From NCBI RefSeq assembly GCF_009914755.1, contig NC_060947.1: a stretch of 64,000 nt of DNA. One strand, written 5' to 3'. The translations under genes were made by a program, and so were the position numbers. The notes beneath the pieces were generated by a model. It worked only from the letters and a program-made list of their open reading frames with translations. It had not been told where the DNA came from and searched no databases. The stretch comes from the human T2T-CHM13v2.0 reference genome, Homo sapiens. Positions 1 to 12,729 of the stretch are shown here, piece after piece (position 1 is the stretch's first letter; each line of letters starts with the position of its first letter).

Positions 1-249
1 GCTCCCACTACTCCTCTCCCTGTAGAATCGTCTCCTCCAGCCAATTGGTAGAACTACTGGACTCTAGTGATATCATATACATTTCTATATTTTTTCTGTA
101 CCCTTTGCCATGCCTAGAGGACCTCCCTGGCTCTCTCTTGGCATCTATGATCTGCCTGGATGAGATCAAGATAAAACTTAGCCATAAATCCAGAATTCTT
201 GTGGTTTGCTCAGCCTTTGCCCACCATTCTCTTCTCTGAACTTCTACCA

Positions 250-410
250 TGTTTATATCTAGCATCTAGGCTAGCCCTTCTGTGCCCCCAATATGTCTAC
301 TCATAGCTAAAATGTTAGTTTCTGGAGGATAGACCGATTTGCAATTCTGTGTATCCCCATTCCCTACATCAGTGCCATATGGATACAATAAATACTCAGT
401 TGATGGAATA
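250..410 (+). mobile_element. Degenerate L2 LINE 3' end fragment
   Basis: Ends in an L2-like terminus (...tgtgtatcccc...cagtgcc...caataaatactcagttgatggaat). Heavily diverged; recognised by eye. Confidence 0.4.
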
Positions 411-699
411 TGATGCCTAGAACATCTAGCACAAAAACCACAATGTTTAAGGAGCAAAATTCCTTGCATTTACCTGGAGCTTCCTTCACAGGCCCACCTG
501 ACTACTGACTTCATTCTTATTCTTAAAAGGGTCACATGATCCCTTTCTTACAAAGGTCACATGATTATTTTACTGCTTCCCTCCAGTAATAGAGAGGAAA
601 GGGCTCTGTATTGGTCTTTCATCTCAATTTTCTCCTTGTGCTTTCTGTGCATGAGGTGCCAAAGCAGTGTGGCCCTTGATCTACTCGCTTGACTGATTC

Positions 700-870
700 T
701 ATTGTTTAATCGCCACAACAACCCTAAGAGTAAGTGCCATTATTATTCCAATTTGGAGATATGGAAACTGTCATGGAGAAGTTAAGTAACGTATTATCTC
801 AAGCTATTAACTGGAGGAGCCAAGATTCAAACCAAGACATTACGGCTCCCAGGTCTGTGCTGTTAACTCC
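700..870 (-). mobile_element. MIR SINE
   Basis: Reverse complement of the MIR core: tttaatc..cacaacaaccct..attattattcc..gaaactg..gaagttaagtaac..gattcaaacc. Confidence 0.75.
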
Positions 871-3110
871 TATATGAAACTGTCTTTCCTGATGCCCAGG
901 TATTCCATTAGATGATCCTTGAAACCTCAGAGTTTCTTGGGTCAGAAAGTTTAAGTAAACGGAAGAAATTACAGATCCGGGAACCTCTTCTGTTATTCTC
1001 ATTGTGCTACCAAGAATCCCACAACATCCTCTTGGTGGAAGAAACAAATGATTAGGAATTTAGTATATGATATTCCCTCAAGGCTGCAAAATACAGTACT
1101 TCAGAATTATTCACATCATTAAGATCAAATCTGGTCTATAAGTAAATGCAGATTCAGGATGTGAATTCACACTAAGTAAAGTACAGTGGTTGGAATTCTG
1201 CTATTGCCACTTACCAGTTATAATATGGGTATGTTACTTTACCTCTTTTATCTGGCACTTAGTAAATACTAAATAAGTATTAACTACTATTTCTATACCA
1301 CAATATTTCCCTGTTTCTCTAGCCATCTATGCTTCCTTACAACAAAGCACAGTGTAAAGCTCTTTGCCTCCACCTCATTGGATTAAATAAACAGGTCTGT
1401 AAATATAAGAGGGAACAATAATAGTGAAAAAATTGGATACTCAAGAAGTCTAGATGATCAGAGTGACTTTGTTTCTTTTGTTAATGAAAGGATGAGTTGG
1501 ACGGAAAAGGAGTGAGTCACACTGACAACGAAATGCTACCAATTTAGGATTTGATTCATTATTTTATGACCGTTGCTTGTTTCCTGATGCTATTCATTGC
1601 TTATTCATTGGAGGAACAATAATCCCATTTTGGCTTTTGTGGTTTTATAGCTGAGACATCCACTTTGAAGCACATTAGCTACACCTCTCCCTCTCCCTAC
1701 TACTTCATCACCATCTCAAACATCAGAAAATCAAATTTTGAAAATTGCCCAGAAGTATTGGGTGTACAAAAACATTGGTTTCTCCTTTGGAAGTTCTTCC
1801 TGTGAGGGTTTAAGCATGGGGATTTTATAGAGGAGATGAACATCAGGGATATTTGTGGCAATGTCACTTCCCTTCTCTTAAAATGGTGTTGGATGGAGAG
1901 CCTCCGAGGTAAAGATTCTCAAATTGTCTGCAGTTATAATGTCCAAATATTCGGGAGAAAATCCCATATGGCAAGCAATAAAACAAAATTATTATGACTT
2001 CCAGTTGATGATCCATTTTTAAAGGGATAGTTTGAAGTAATAAAGTAAGTAAATATTAGTCTAGGGAAAATGTGGATATACTTTATGAACTATTTAAATA
2101 CAAACTATCTTTTCATTTTGTGCCATGACCTGAGACTACTCAATGAATTTTCCATATGTATACATTTGCTCTTACATGTGCCTTTTGGCAATGCCCTTTA
2201 TTATCCTTGAAAACAAAGGCACCACTATAGTATAATTCAAATGTGTCTAGTTCTTCAGTCCTTAGAGATTGGTGGAGGGGCTGCATTACCTCTCCCTTTA
2301 ATATAAACTAGGAACATGATTATTTGAGAATGTTGGGGGTCACTTTCCTCTCCCAGTAAGATTGAGGAACCCTGGGTATTTTTACGTGTGTCACAAGCTT
2401 AACGTGAATTTTCTCTTGTCCCCTCACTTAGTATCACATACATAACAGCTTTTCTTTCAGTCACCCCTGCTTCCTAGTAACTGGTTCTCCATGATACTAC
2501 TACCTCTCTCTGACCCATTTCATCCCCAAACTGTGGAAAACAGCCTCTTTCTCAAAACCCAGCTAACAGAAAGTTGTCTTGTTTAAGGCTTGAGGATAAT
2601 ACCAGGGATTTACAATGCAGAAAGGAAATTTAAAACTTGGTATCAGATATATTGTGCTTTCCGTCCATTGGCCCTGCCCTTTTGCAGGGAGGCACACTGT
2701 CTTTACTCTCCTTATCTCTTGGCCTGCAGCCATGTTGCAGATGTCCACTTATTCCCCTGCTGTAAGAGTCATTCTTTTCATATCCTCAAATCTTTCTTTT
2801 CCTCTATGCCAGAAGAAGCAAAAGCTGTTTACAAATTGACCCTGGGCATAACAAAGACACTGTTCTACATTATTCTACAGAATCTGTTCATGGTTTCTCC
2901 ACTAGTTTAGTCTTGAGTGTGTAGTAATCTCTCACCTGCTTGGTTACAAAGATGCCCTTAAGTAGTGTTTCCAAGAATGAAAGAAGTACTGTTTCATTTA
3001 TTACTCTGAAGAGTAAAAATGACTACAGGTTCAAAAAGCATTTTTGATCCTCTAGTCCAGTGGTTTACAAAGGGGAAATATGACTATGGAATCTATAACA
3101 AATATAAACT

Positions 3111-3171
3111 TTATATATATATAAAGAATGGCATACATACACGTATATATATATATCTGTGTATATATATA
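3111..3171. repeat. (TA)n-rich low-complexity tract
   Basis: Interrupted tatatata runs visible directly. Confidence 0.7.
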
Positions 3172-3834
3172 CAATTCTCAGATATATTCTCAAAAGGTTT
3201 AACTCCAAAGGTTAAAGGTCATGGAACTCATGTGCTTAGCAGTAGGAGGGGCTCCTTGTGTTAGAAAAACATCACTACCAACAACAACAATTAAGACTTT
3301 GCTTCAAAGAACACTGAAACCCACTTAGTCAATATTGTGAATTTCACCTGCAAATCCTGTTTCTAATTTGATTTAAGTGCTTATGATTTAACTCTTTATT
3401 AATTACCTTGGTAGAAGCAGGTGACATTCTTAGTTACCATAAGACTTTTCCCTAGTGTGTTGTTCAAAAAACATTGGTGTTATTTGAGGAAAGACTTAAT
3501 AGTTAGTGACTTAATTCTAAGCTTCTGGGTTTATTTCATTCAGTTAAGTATTTAGGCATATGTTTAAGAGGTTCCCGCCAAGGTTCTGACACTCTACCAG
3601 ACACCGAAGATGATTCAGACACAGATGCCACTCTCATAAAGCTTATATAACCTCTTGGGGAAAATTGACACAATATAAATAAATACAAAGTAGAAAGTTC
3701 TGCATGCCCTAAGGTAAGTCTAGATAAAAAGTAAATTTACATCACTTGGTATGCAAGGCAGTATAATTTCTCTGACTGGCACTTTCCAGTAGCTACGTAG
3801 GGCATCCAGCTTTAGCTTCACGACTTTGAATCCC

Positions 3835-4022
3835 ATCAGTCATGGGTTCAAATCCTACCTCTGATACTTAACGACTATATGGTCTTGGGTTATTCACTTA
3901 TTTTCACTGAACTTTAGTGTCCCCGTTTATACAGCAAGCTTACTAATACTTCAGAGGTTGATGATGAGGATTAAATGAGATAACATATATAGTATATAAA
4001 GTGTGTGGCACATAGTAGGTAC
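3835..4022 (+). mobile_element. MIR SINE
   Basis: gggttcaaatcc...gaggattaaatgagataac...tggcacatagtagg matches the MIR core and 3' end. Confidence 0.8.
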
Positions 4023-4299
4023 CTGGAAGGTGGCTTCTCTTTTCCCATTGCTCCATAAACTGACCAAATAGATGTAAATACCTTAATGCGTGAATACTTA
4101 TTGTATAGCTTATAGAAGAAGTAAGAAGTTACATCTTCCAATCTGAAGGCATAAAAATTTTATGAAATACTTGTAAGTTACTTTATCATGAAGCTTTCCC
4201 TGACTGCCCTATATAAAATAGCAAGAGTACTCCTAACCTCTTTTTTACTTCATTTTTCCCTACCACATATCTGAAATATTACATATTTATTGTTTCTAT

Positions 4300-5960
4300 T
4301 AATTTTTGTTGATAAATATTAGTTATACATATACCCCAAAAGTTGTACATGTACCCAAAAGGAGTACATGTGGTATTTTGATACCTGTATACAATGTGTA
4401 ATGATCAAATCAGGGTAATTGGGATATCCATCACCTAAACTATTTATCTTTTCTTTGTGTTGGGAACATTACAAATCTTCTCTTGCTGTTTTGAAATACA
4501 TAATAAACTATTGTTAACTAGAATTTCCCTACTGTACTATCAAATGCTGGAACTTATTTTTTTTTATCTAAATGTCTGTTTGTATCCCTTAAGCAATCTC
4601 TCATTCCCCCTCCCCCTACCCTTCCCAGCCTCTGATACCACCATTCTACCTTTTATCTCCATGAGATTCACTTTTATAGTTCCCATATATGTGTGAAAAT
4701 ATGTGCTGTTTGTCTTCTGGCTTATTTCACTTAACGTGATGACTTTCAGTTCCATTCATGTTGATGTAAATGACAGAATTTCATTTAAATTTTTAATCTT
4801 TTCTAATCTTTTTATGGCCAAATAGTATTCTATTGTGTATATATACCACATTTTCTTTATTCATTTATCCATTGATGGACACTTGGGTTGATTCCATAAC
4901 TTGGCCATTGTGGATAGTGCTGCAATAAACATGGGAGTGCAGATGTCGTTTTGATATACAGATTTCCTTTATTTTGGAAATATTACCAACACTGGGATTG
5001 CTGGAGCATATGATAGTTCTATTTTTATTGTTTGGAGGAAGCTGTTTACTGTTTTCTGTAGCAGCTCTGCTAGTTTCCATTCCCACCAACAGTGTATGGT
5101 GTTCCCTTTTTCTCTGCCAGCATTTTAAAATTACTCTTTTTAATAATAGCCATTCTAACTGGGATGAGATTGTATCTCATTTTGGTTTTGGTTTTAATTT
5201 TTTTATTTCCATAGGTTTTTGGGGAACAGGTGGTATTTGGTTACATGAGTAGGTTCTTTAGTGGTGATTTTTGAGGTTTTGGTTCACCCATCAGCCAAGC
5301 AGTATGCACTGAACCCAATGTGTAGTCTTTTATCCCTCACCCCCCTCTTCCCTTTCCCTCAAGTCCCCAAAGTCAATTATATCATTCTTATGCCTTTGCG
5401 TCCTCATAACTTAGCTCCTACTTATGAGTGAGAACATATGATATTTGGTTTTCCATTCCTGAATTACTTCACTTAGAATAATAGTCTCCAGTTTCATCGA
5501 GTTTTCTGTGAATGCCATTAATTATTTCCTTTTTATGGCTGAGTAGTATTCCATCATATATATATGTACCACAATTTCTTTATCCACTCGTTGATTGATG
5601 GGCATTTGGGCTGGTTCCATATTTTTGCAATTGTGAATTGTGATGCTATAAACATACCTGTGCATGTATCTTTTTCGTATAATGACTTATTTTCCTCTGG
5701 GTAGATACCCAGTAGTGGATCAAATGGTAGCTGGATCAAATGGTAGTTTTACTTTTAGTGCTTAGAGGAATCTCCATACTGTTTTGGTTTTGATTTGCAC
5801 TTCCCTGACGATTAGTGATGTTGAGCATTTTTCATATACCTGTTTGCTATTTGTATATCTACTTTTGAGAAACGTCTTTTCAGATCATTTGCCCATTTTA
5901 CAATACGATTGTTTTTTGATATTGAGTTGTTTAAGTTCCTTATGTATTCTAGTTATTATT
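4300..5960 (-). mobile_element. L1MA-type LINE-1 3' end, interrupted by a younger L1PB
   Basis: gtacatgtggtattttgatac...aatgatcaaatcagggtaattgggatatccatcacc is an antisense L1MA 3' UTR. The sequence resumes at ~5783 (ttttgatttgcacttccctg). Confidence 0.85.
5196..5782 (-). mobile_element. L1PB-type (L1PB1-like) 3' end nested in L1MA
   Basis: ttttatttccataggtttttggggaacaggtggtatttggttacatgag 3' UTR motif, flanked by a ttttggttttg duplication. Confidence 0.8.
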
Positions 5961-5994
5961 TACTTTTTTTTTTTACTGGCTGACCCCCCTCCCC

Positions 5995-6112
5995 AATAGA
6001 ACATGTTTCACAAGAGCAGGGGCTTTGTCATTACACTGCTGTGTTCCTGGAGCCTAGAATAGTGTTTAAAATATAGTCAGTGTGCTCAATAAATATTTTT
6101 TAAATGAATGAT
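5995..6112 (+). mobile_element. L2 (L2a-like) 3' end; probable 5' portion at ~4190-4295, split by the L1MA
   Basis: gagcctagaatagtg...gtgctcaataaatattttttaaatgaatga, the canonical L2 terminus. Confidence 0.75.
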
Positions 6113-7081
6113 TGCAGGAATTAAGTAAAATTTTAATCAAATAAAATTTAGGATTTTTCTATTGGTTTTAGTAATAAATAGAAAACTTTTGACAAGTGAA
6201 GTGGTAGTCACTGCTATATTGGATACTGAGGCTTTACAACTGCATCATGTCTGTTAGTAATGGTCATCTCTTAGCTATTTTTTAAAAAATTTTCATGTGG
6301 GCTACCAGTCTCCAGAATCTCTTTCTCTCCATGAACTTTATCATTCTCTCTCAACCGTGATAATTTATTTCTGTCAGGGGTATCCATGATTTCATATTTT
6401 AAATTTCTAATCTTCGTTTCTTTTTTCTCTCTGACTCAGTAGTTTGTGTGTGATAGTTGCTCTGTCATATTTTCACCAGTAGGTGCCAGTATTTGATATA
6501 ACTTATAGAGACAGATCTACCACTTATGGAGGATTGCCTTTCCAGGAAATGTTCTCTCTCTTGTAGATAATTCAGAAAGAGCAAACCATTCTCTCTGCTT
6601 GCAGTAAGCCTGTATTGAATCTTCTTTACCTACAAAAAGATGGCATGATTGGGGGGTGAACAAAAGGCTCTGATAGCATTTTTTCACATAAATAAATGCA
6701 AATCCATATGGAATCCTTCTGACGGATATGTCTACATACTGGAAAACTTTAAAAGATGTATTTCAATCAACCTAAAAGTTAATTATGCCATTCCATTCCT
6801 CAAATATTCAAGAAAGTCTTCCATGCATTTGGGCTACACAGCAGCAAATCCATAATCATGGTTCCCAGCTTGCATATTAGTTTTAGTGTTTTGTTTAAGG
6901 CTCTCTGGTTGGGGGAAGAGTTTAATGTAAGATTACCTTAAACCAAATCAAGATACTTTCGAGAACAAAGGGATTCTTATGAGAGACTAAAGCAGGTAAA
7001 CAAAGGCAGCTCCGACTGATAAAATACTTGTTTGAAGGTGTGTGGAGGAGATGGTGGTATGCAACTTTTAAAAACTGGCAG

Positions 7082-7390
7082 GGCTAGGTGTGGTGGCTCA
7101 CTCCTGTAATCCCAGAACTTTGGGAGGTCGAGGCGGGCGGATCACAAGGTCAGGAGATCAAGACCATCCTGGCCAACATAGTGAAGCCTCGTCTCTACTG
7201 AAAATACAAAAAAAAATTAGCTGGGTGTGGTGGTGCGCACCTGTAGTCCCAGCTACTCGGGAGGCTGGCAGGAGAATTGCTTTAACCCAGGAGGTGGAGG
7301 TTGCAGTGAGCCAAGATTGTACCATTGCACTCCAGCCTGGGTGACAGAACAAGACTCTGTCTCAAAAACAAAACAAAACAAAACAAACAA
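7082..7390 (+). mobile_element. AluS (Sc-like), full length
   Basis: Dimeric Alu with (AAAAC)n tail. TSD aaaaactg(g/a)cag at 7070-7081 and 7391-7402. Confidence 0.95.
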
Positions 7391-7945
7391 AAAAACTGAC
7401 AGAATTCACAGATACTCCTTCTGTCTTATCGTGTACTTGCCCTGGATTCTACTCTATAGCATCAGTCAAGCCACCATAACTTTTCTTGGAAGTGAAAAAA
7501 TGGCCTGAAAATATGGCTAATCCCCAAGATAACTTTAAAATACTTTCAGAAGTAGTTTCAAAGAAAACACAATGGAAATGGTGAGGTTATACAGGTCTGG
7601 CTCAAACCTTGTGTGAGTTGATATGGAAAAGAAAATTTGATTTTATTACTTAAATATTTTACATGAATTGCAAAGAGGAAGTGAAGGCATTACATATATA
7701 CCTGTCCAGAATCATTCCCTGATTTCATGACATTTCCACATTTGTATCTACTTGTTCACTGCCCATGCATGGGGGCTGTATCAAGTTTTGGGGGTCCTGC
7801 ACCTTATACTATTTAAGTGGTTGCCATTAAGAAAATGGTTACAAAATAAATATCTCACACATTCAACCTAACTAGTCCCCCTTTCCAGAGAAGGAGCTTT
7901 CTCATCCATTCACTGCAGTCCCTTACCTAATACATACCCTCACAC

Positions 7946-8157
7946 CGGGGGTCAGCAAGCTACTGCTTTGTGAGCCAAGCCTGGATCACCACGTTTTTGT
8001 ATTAGAACATAGCCACATCCATTCAGTTACAGATTGTCTATGGGTACCTTTGTCTTACACTTACCAAGTTGAGTAACTGCCACAGAGACCACAAAGCCCT
8101 GCAAAGCCTAAAATATTTACTCTCTGGCCAACTACACAAACTGTTTACCAACTCCTG
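7946..8157. mobile_element. MER58A-like hAT-Charlie MITE
   Basis: TIRs cgggggtcagcaagc / gtttaccaactcctg. 8-bp TSD cct(c/t)acac at 7938-7945 and 8158-8165, the length typical of hAT elements. Confidence 0.85.
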
Positions 8158-9843
8158 CCTTACACAGTAGCTGTGGGTTCTAGCCCCACTTCTCTCTGGA
8201 TCTACCCAAGAGAATCTAAAACAACCATTCACCACATCATAGGATTGTATAAGACATCAGGTTAATCAACTGGACAAACCCTCGTGCCTTTTGATTTTGT
8301 CTTCTAAGAAGTCCAAAATCAAATTTAGTCCTTATTATAATAACTCATCCCTGATTACTGGCACAATTATTTTTCCATTTCTCATTAAATTTTATTTTTT
8401 CTTTATCTTAGTCCAGTGGTAGTGACTTTTTGGTAAGCCATCTTATTTCTTATCCGGAAGGTGGAATTTAAGTGGTAAGCTAACATGGTAAATTATTATC
8501 AGTCTGCCTAATTAGTCATATGTGCTTTAGAATATTTAAAGCAGGACTAAAAGTTGCTATTTTTAAAAAGCTACCTTGGAGTTTGTGCTTGTAACTCCCA
8601 AGGTGAAGACAGAATTTATCACTGGGATACCTGAGCTTTTGTGTACACAAGAAAAATAATATTTTAATGCATCTCTTAGTTATGCAGAGGCAAAGCCCAG
8701 ATCTTACAATGCATAAAAATGTAAAATGTTGTTTTCTTTGGAGTAAGACTGCATCTCTGGAGGATTATTGTGCTATTAATGGGCTTTTCACCTGTTTTTT
8801 CTTCCTTAAAGGGAGTGTGTTGTAGGCCCAAGAGTTTGAGAGAGAGCACAAGACAGAGGTCACTAATCTGAGGAGATAAGGGCTTTTCTTCTCAGCAACA
8901 GGATGGCATGCTGAGTGGCTAAAGAGGAAGGGGGTCAATATGAGACCTCTGGGAATGAATAAGACCTGTGGGCTCTAGAAAACTCAGAACAGGTTTTAAA
9001 TCTTTCCAGATTAGTGTTTAAATTACCCTCTGTTTACCACAAAGCTTCAATAAAGTTTTTAAAATAATAGCCTACTGTTTATTTTGCTTTGGTAAAAGAT
9101 GGGCAAGGCTGTATTATGCTTTGCATCAACTATTGTTGAGATAAGTAGAAGTGAAGAAGGTACCATGCAGAGGAAAACAAAAGGGAGGGGCAGTTACAAA
9201 ATGGATAGGGGTGGTCTGAGGAGGATTGAAGAGGTGATCCTAGCCTGATCTGAGACAAATGGCCACCTTTGGGAAACCTCAGAAGCATTTGAGGAAATTA
9301 TTTCCTTTTGCTAAATCAAAAGAGAGATCTCAGAAAGCTGGAATGCCAGAGTTGCTTATGTAAAGCACTTTGACAAATATGTTATTAGATGACTTTAGGG
9401 TTATGAATGAGAGACGTGAAAACTATAACTGATTTGGTTTTCATCCTTCTAAAAAGAAAAAAATATAATAAGAATTCAGAATTCAGTCAGGCTGCACAGA
9501 GGTTAACTGAAGGAAGTTAGCTGAAAATTAATTGGAATTCGGGGTCGACTTCTAGTTAAGTCAAATGGAACCATTAACTTTAGGGTAAAACCTGAAACCA
9601 ACAAAGACCAATCCCTCTCAAAAAGATAGAGAGTCTCTTGTTTTCATAGCAAATGTATAAAAGGGTAAGGGCACCTATTAGGGCCTTACCCTAGTAGATT
9701 CTGTGTCCTGACAACCTGACCCGTCCGCTGAGATGGTAACCCTGGTTTAACTAGTTGGTAATTCCAGTTTGCTTAAGCATTGAGATTGCTATGTTGAGAC
9801 AGCTGGTTATCCTTAAATATTATAATTTACTTTTTTATTTTAA

Positions 9844-10252
9844 TAGAACCCCAGATTTTTAGCTGGGCACATGTGTGCTCAGAATCAAGATTATATTTCC
9901 TAGCCTTCTTTATAGCCAAGTTTGACCATACGAATATGTTTTTGTCAAAGGGATATAAGAAGTGATGTACAACATCCAGAAGCTATCTCTGAAGAGAGAA
10001 AAAGCCTATCTTTATTCTTTCCCTTTTTTCCCTTCTTTGTGGCTGGAGTATAGATAAGATGGCTAGAACTGGAGTAGTCATCATTGGCAATGAGGTGACC
10101 TATACTAGAGCAACAAGATAGAAGGAGCCTGGGTCCTTGACATGATGAAACTGCCGTACCAATCTGACTGCCTTTCTCTAGACTTTTACATCAGGGGAAG
10201 TACATTTTTCCTTGGTCAGCTACTTTTGCAGGTGAATCTCATCCTGACTAAT
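9844..10252 (+). mobile_element. MLT1 (MLT1J-like) MaLR LTR
   Basis: agaaccccagattttt..agctgggcacatg..gagcaacaagatagaaggagcctgggtcc..tcctgactaat. Confidence 0.65.
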
Positions 10253-10349
10253 TTCGCACAAAATGCTCAGCTCCCTTGAAATGAAAACATTGTGTCTTAG
10301 TTGTTAAGTTTATTTTTTACCCATGGAACATGAAGAACAAACACAGGGT

Positions 10350-10690
10350 TTGCATCAGTTATCTCTCTCTACTATAATGCTGTGTAACAACCACAAAATC
10401 TCTGTGATGCAACTCAAATTTCCTCCATGTGTCCCTCATCCTCCAGCAGGATAGCCCAGGTATGGTCTCATGGCAATGATAGAGGAAAAAGAGAACAAGT
10501 ACTTTTTCAAGCCTCTAGTTGTCTCATGTTTGTTAACATCACATTTTCCAAAATAAGACATGTGCCTGGACTCAGAATCAAGGGGTAGGAAAATATATTG
10601 TCTCTTGATAGGAGGAACTGCAGTCAATTGGCAAATGGCATGGATACAGGGAAGGGTAAAGAATTTACGTCATTATTTCAATCATTCTAA
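10350..10690 (-). mobile_element. Old MLT1 LTR (MLT1I/J/K-like)
   Basis: tgcatcagttatctc...aatgctgtgtaacaaccacaaaatctc start and ggatacagggaagggtaaagaatt end motifs. Confidence 0.6.
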
Positions 10691-11054
10691 CCTTCATATT
10701 AAAGTTTTAAAAATAAGCTTAGAATTAAATTTTGGGATAGGTTTTCATAATCATTGTAATACTGTATCCATTTGGTATTTAATGGTTTTGCAATATCAGA
10801 GAGAATTTGGCATGTTAGAGAATATGCAAGACTTAGATTATGATTCCAATTCCAAATGTAAGATTTTGTCATTGATTTTAGTCTTTTGAATGATATTTGG
10901 AAAGTGTGAGATAAATTTACTAAGTTAGCAAACAGTACTGAAGGCCTAAGAGAAGTTCAGGTTCACTAGGTCTCAAGCTGAATTTTTAGATTTTCTAGCA
11001 TTAAGTTTTGTGAAAATATCTTATTTGGTACTCTTCTGAAATGTTAGCCCTTCT

Positions 11055-11290
11055 AAAAGGCTTTCCCTGACCATTCAATAAAAAGTGACTATATCACTTT
11101 ACCTTCTCTTCTATAGAGCATTTATCAGTATCTGGAATGATACCATATACTTGTTTATTACCTATTTTACCCACTAAAATACAGTCTCCACAAAGGCAAG
11201 CATTTTGTTTTGCTTGCTGCTGTATCCAGAACACTTATAAAGGAGCTTGATATATAGTAGGTGCTCCAAAATTTGCTGAATGACTGAATA
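11055..11290 (+). mobile_element. L2a 3' end
   Basis: aggctttccctgacca...tgctgtatccaga...atagtaggtgctc...gctgaatgactgaa. Confidence 0.75.
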
Positions 11291-11400
11291 AAGCTTTGGT
11301 TTTAGGTCATGGCTTTGAAATACTTAAAGAGAAATTTTAATATAATAAATTTATGAATGTAATTCAAATCCTGTAAATTAATTAACTGAATTATAAACAG

Positions 11401-11546
11401 GGCTAATAGTTTGAGGAGTTCAGTCTGCTCAATTTGAGTTGACTAAATATTAATTAAAGGTTTTCTAGTCAGTGGCTAATAGTTTAAGGAGTTCAGTCTG
11501 CTCAATTTGAGTTGACTAAATATTAATTAAAGGTTTTCTAGTCAGT
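11401..11546. repeat. 73-bp head-to-tail tandem duplication (2 copies, 1 mismatch)
   Basis: 11401-11473 and 11474-11546 are identical except g/a at unit position 13. Confidence 0.95.
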
Positions 11547-12729
11547 CACTGTTAAAATTTAGTGTGTATAGAAATAGAATAATAGGATTTGCAAACTGGT
11601 CTTAAAGACTTATAGGAAAGCTAGCTTGTTAAATGTTGTTTTAGTAATTGAATATTATTTTTAAAAGTAAATTTTAAGAATTAAAAAAATAAAGTAACAA
11701 TACTGATTATTTCTGAATTAAAAAACTGTGCAAGGACTTAGGAATCCTCATACTGTCCACACGAAGTCTGTATGATGCACATATCGAGGGGCATGGAGCA
11801 GTAAACAGCTGAGTCCCAGAGAAGGAGCGAGGAGACATTATTTACTGGGATTGCTGTCACTGTGGAGAATGATGATGGTGTAACACAGGAAATGTAGGGG
11901 TTGGGGTAAAATGGAGGGGGAGCCATCTTTACTTTAAAGAGATGGGTAAACCTTTTCATGTCTTCAAAACTGAAATTGACTTCTGTCTCTCCAAAAACCC
12001 CATGATGAGTCAAGACAGAGTTGAGGAGAGAGAATAAAGGAATATTTAGGAGGAATTATGGTAGCATTCCTTTTATAAATCAATTGAAAAGGAGAACAAA
12101 TAAACAATTTTCAAAGGCTTAATGATAAAGGTACCCACTGAGGGTGTTGGAATAGCAGTAATGGCAGTCACAATGACTCTGGTTTTCATCAGAGCAGAAT
12201 CTCCTGTTTCTGGCTTTAATTATCTACCATTTTGGCTATATTGTCACATAACAACCACCTCAAAAACTAGTGGCTAAAAATAATTATTTTATTTTGTTCA
12301 CAATTTTGTGGGCAAAGAATTTGAGAAGGGCTCAGCAGGACAAATTTCTGGTTCAGATTGTATGAGCTAGAAAAGATGGGACTGCGAGGTTAGCTTCCAA
12401 GAAGAATTTTTTTACCCACATGCCTAGTACCTTAGTGCTCTTTGATCTCTCACTCTCTACATGTTGTATCATTCTTCAGAGCCTCTACGTGTAGCTTGAG
12501 ATTCTCACAGCATGATGGTCTCGGGGTAGTTGCCCTTCTTACAGGATGGCTGGCTTCCAAGAGGCAGAAAGTAGGAGTTGCCAGGGCAGTTATGGCCTAC
12601 AAGTGGAACTGGAGTAGCATTACTTCCACTGACTCAGTTGGTCAAAGCACTCACAAGGCCTGCACAGATTTAAAGGAGGTGGCGATATAGACTCCACTTT
12701 TTAATGGTGCAGTGTCAATGTCACATTGA

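Noticed and set aside
5717-5746. Repeated ggatcaaatggtag
   Set aside because: It is a micro-duplication inside the L1PB fragment.
9662-9692. Hairpin agggtaagg...ccttaccct
   Set aside because: A 9-bp stem is expected by chance in 64 kb, and it has no ncRNA features.
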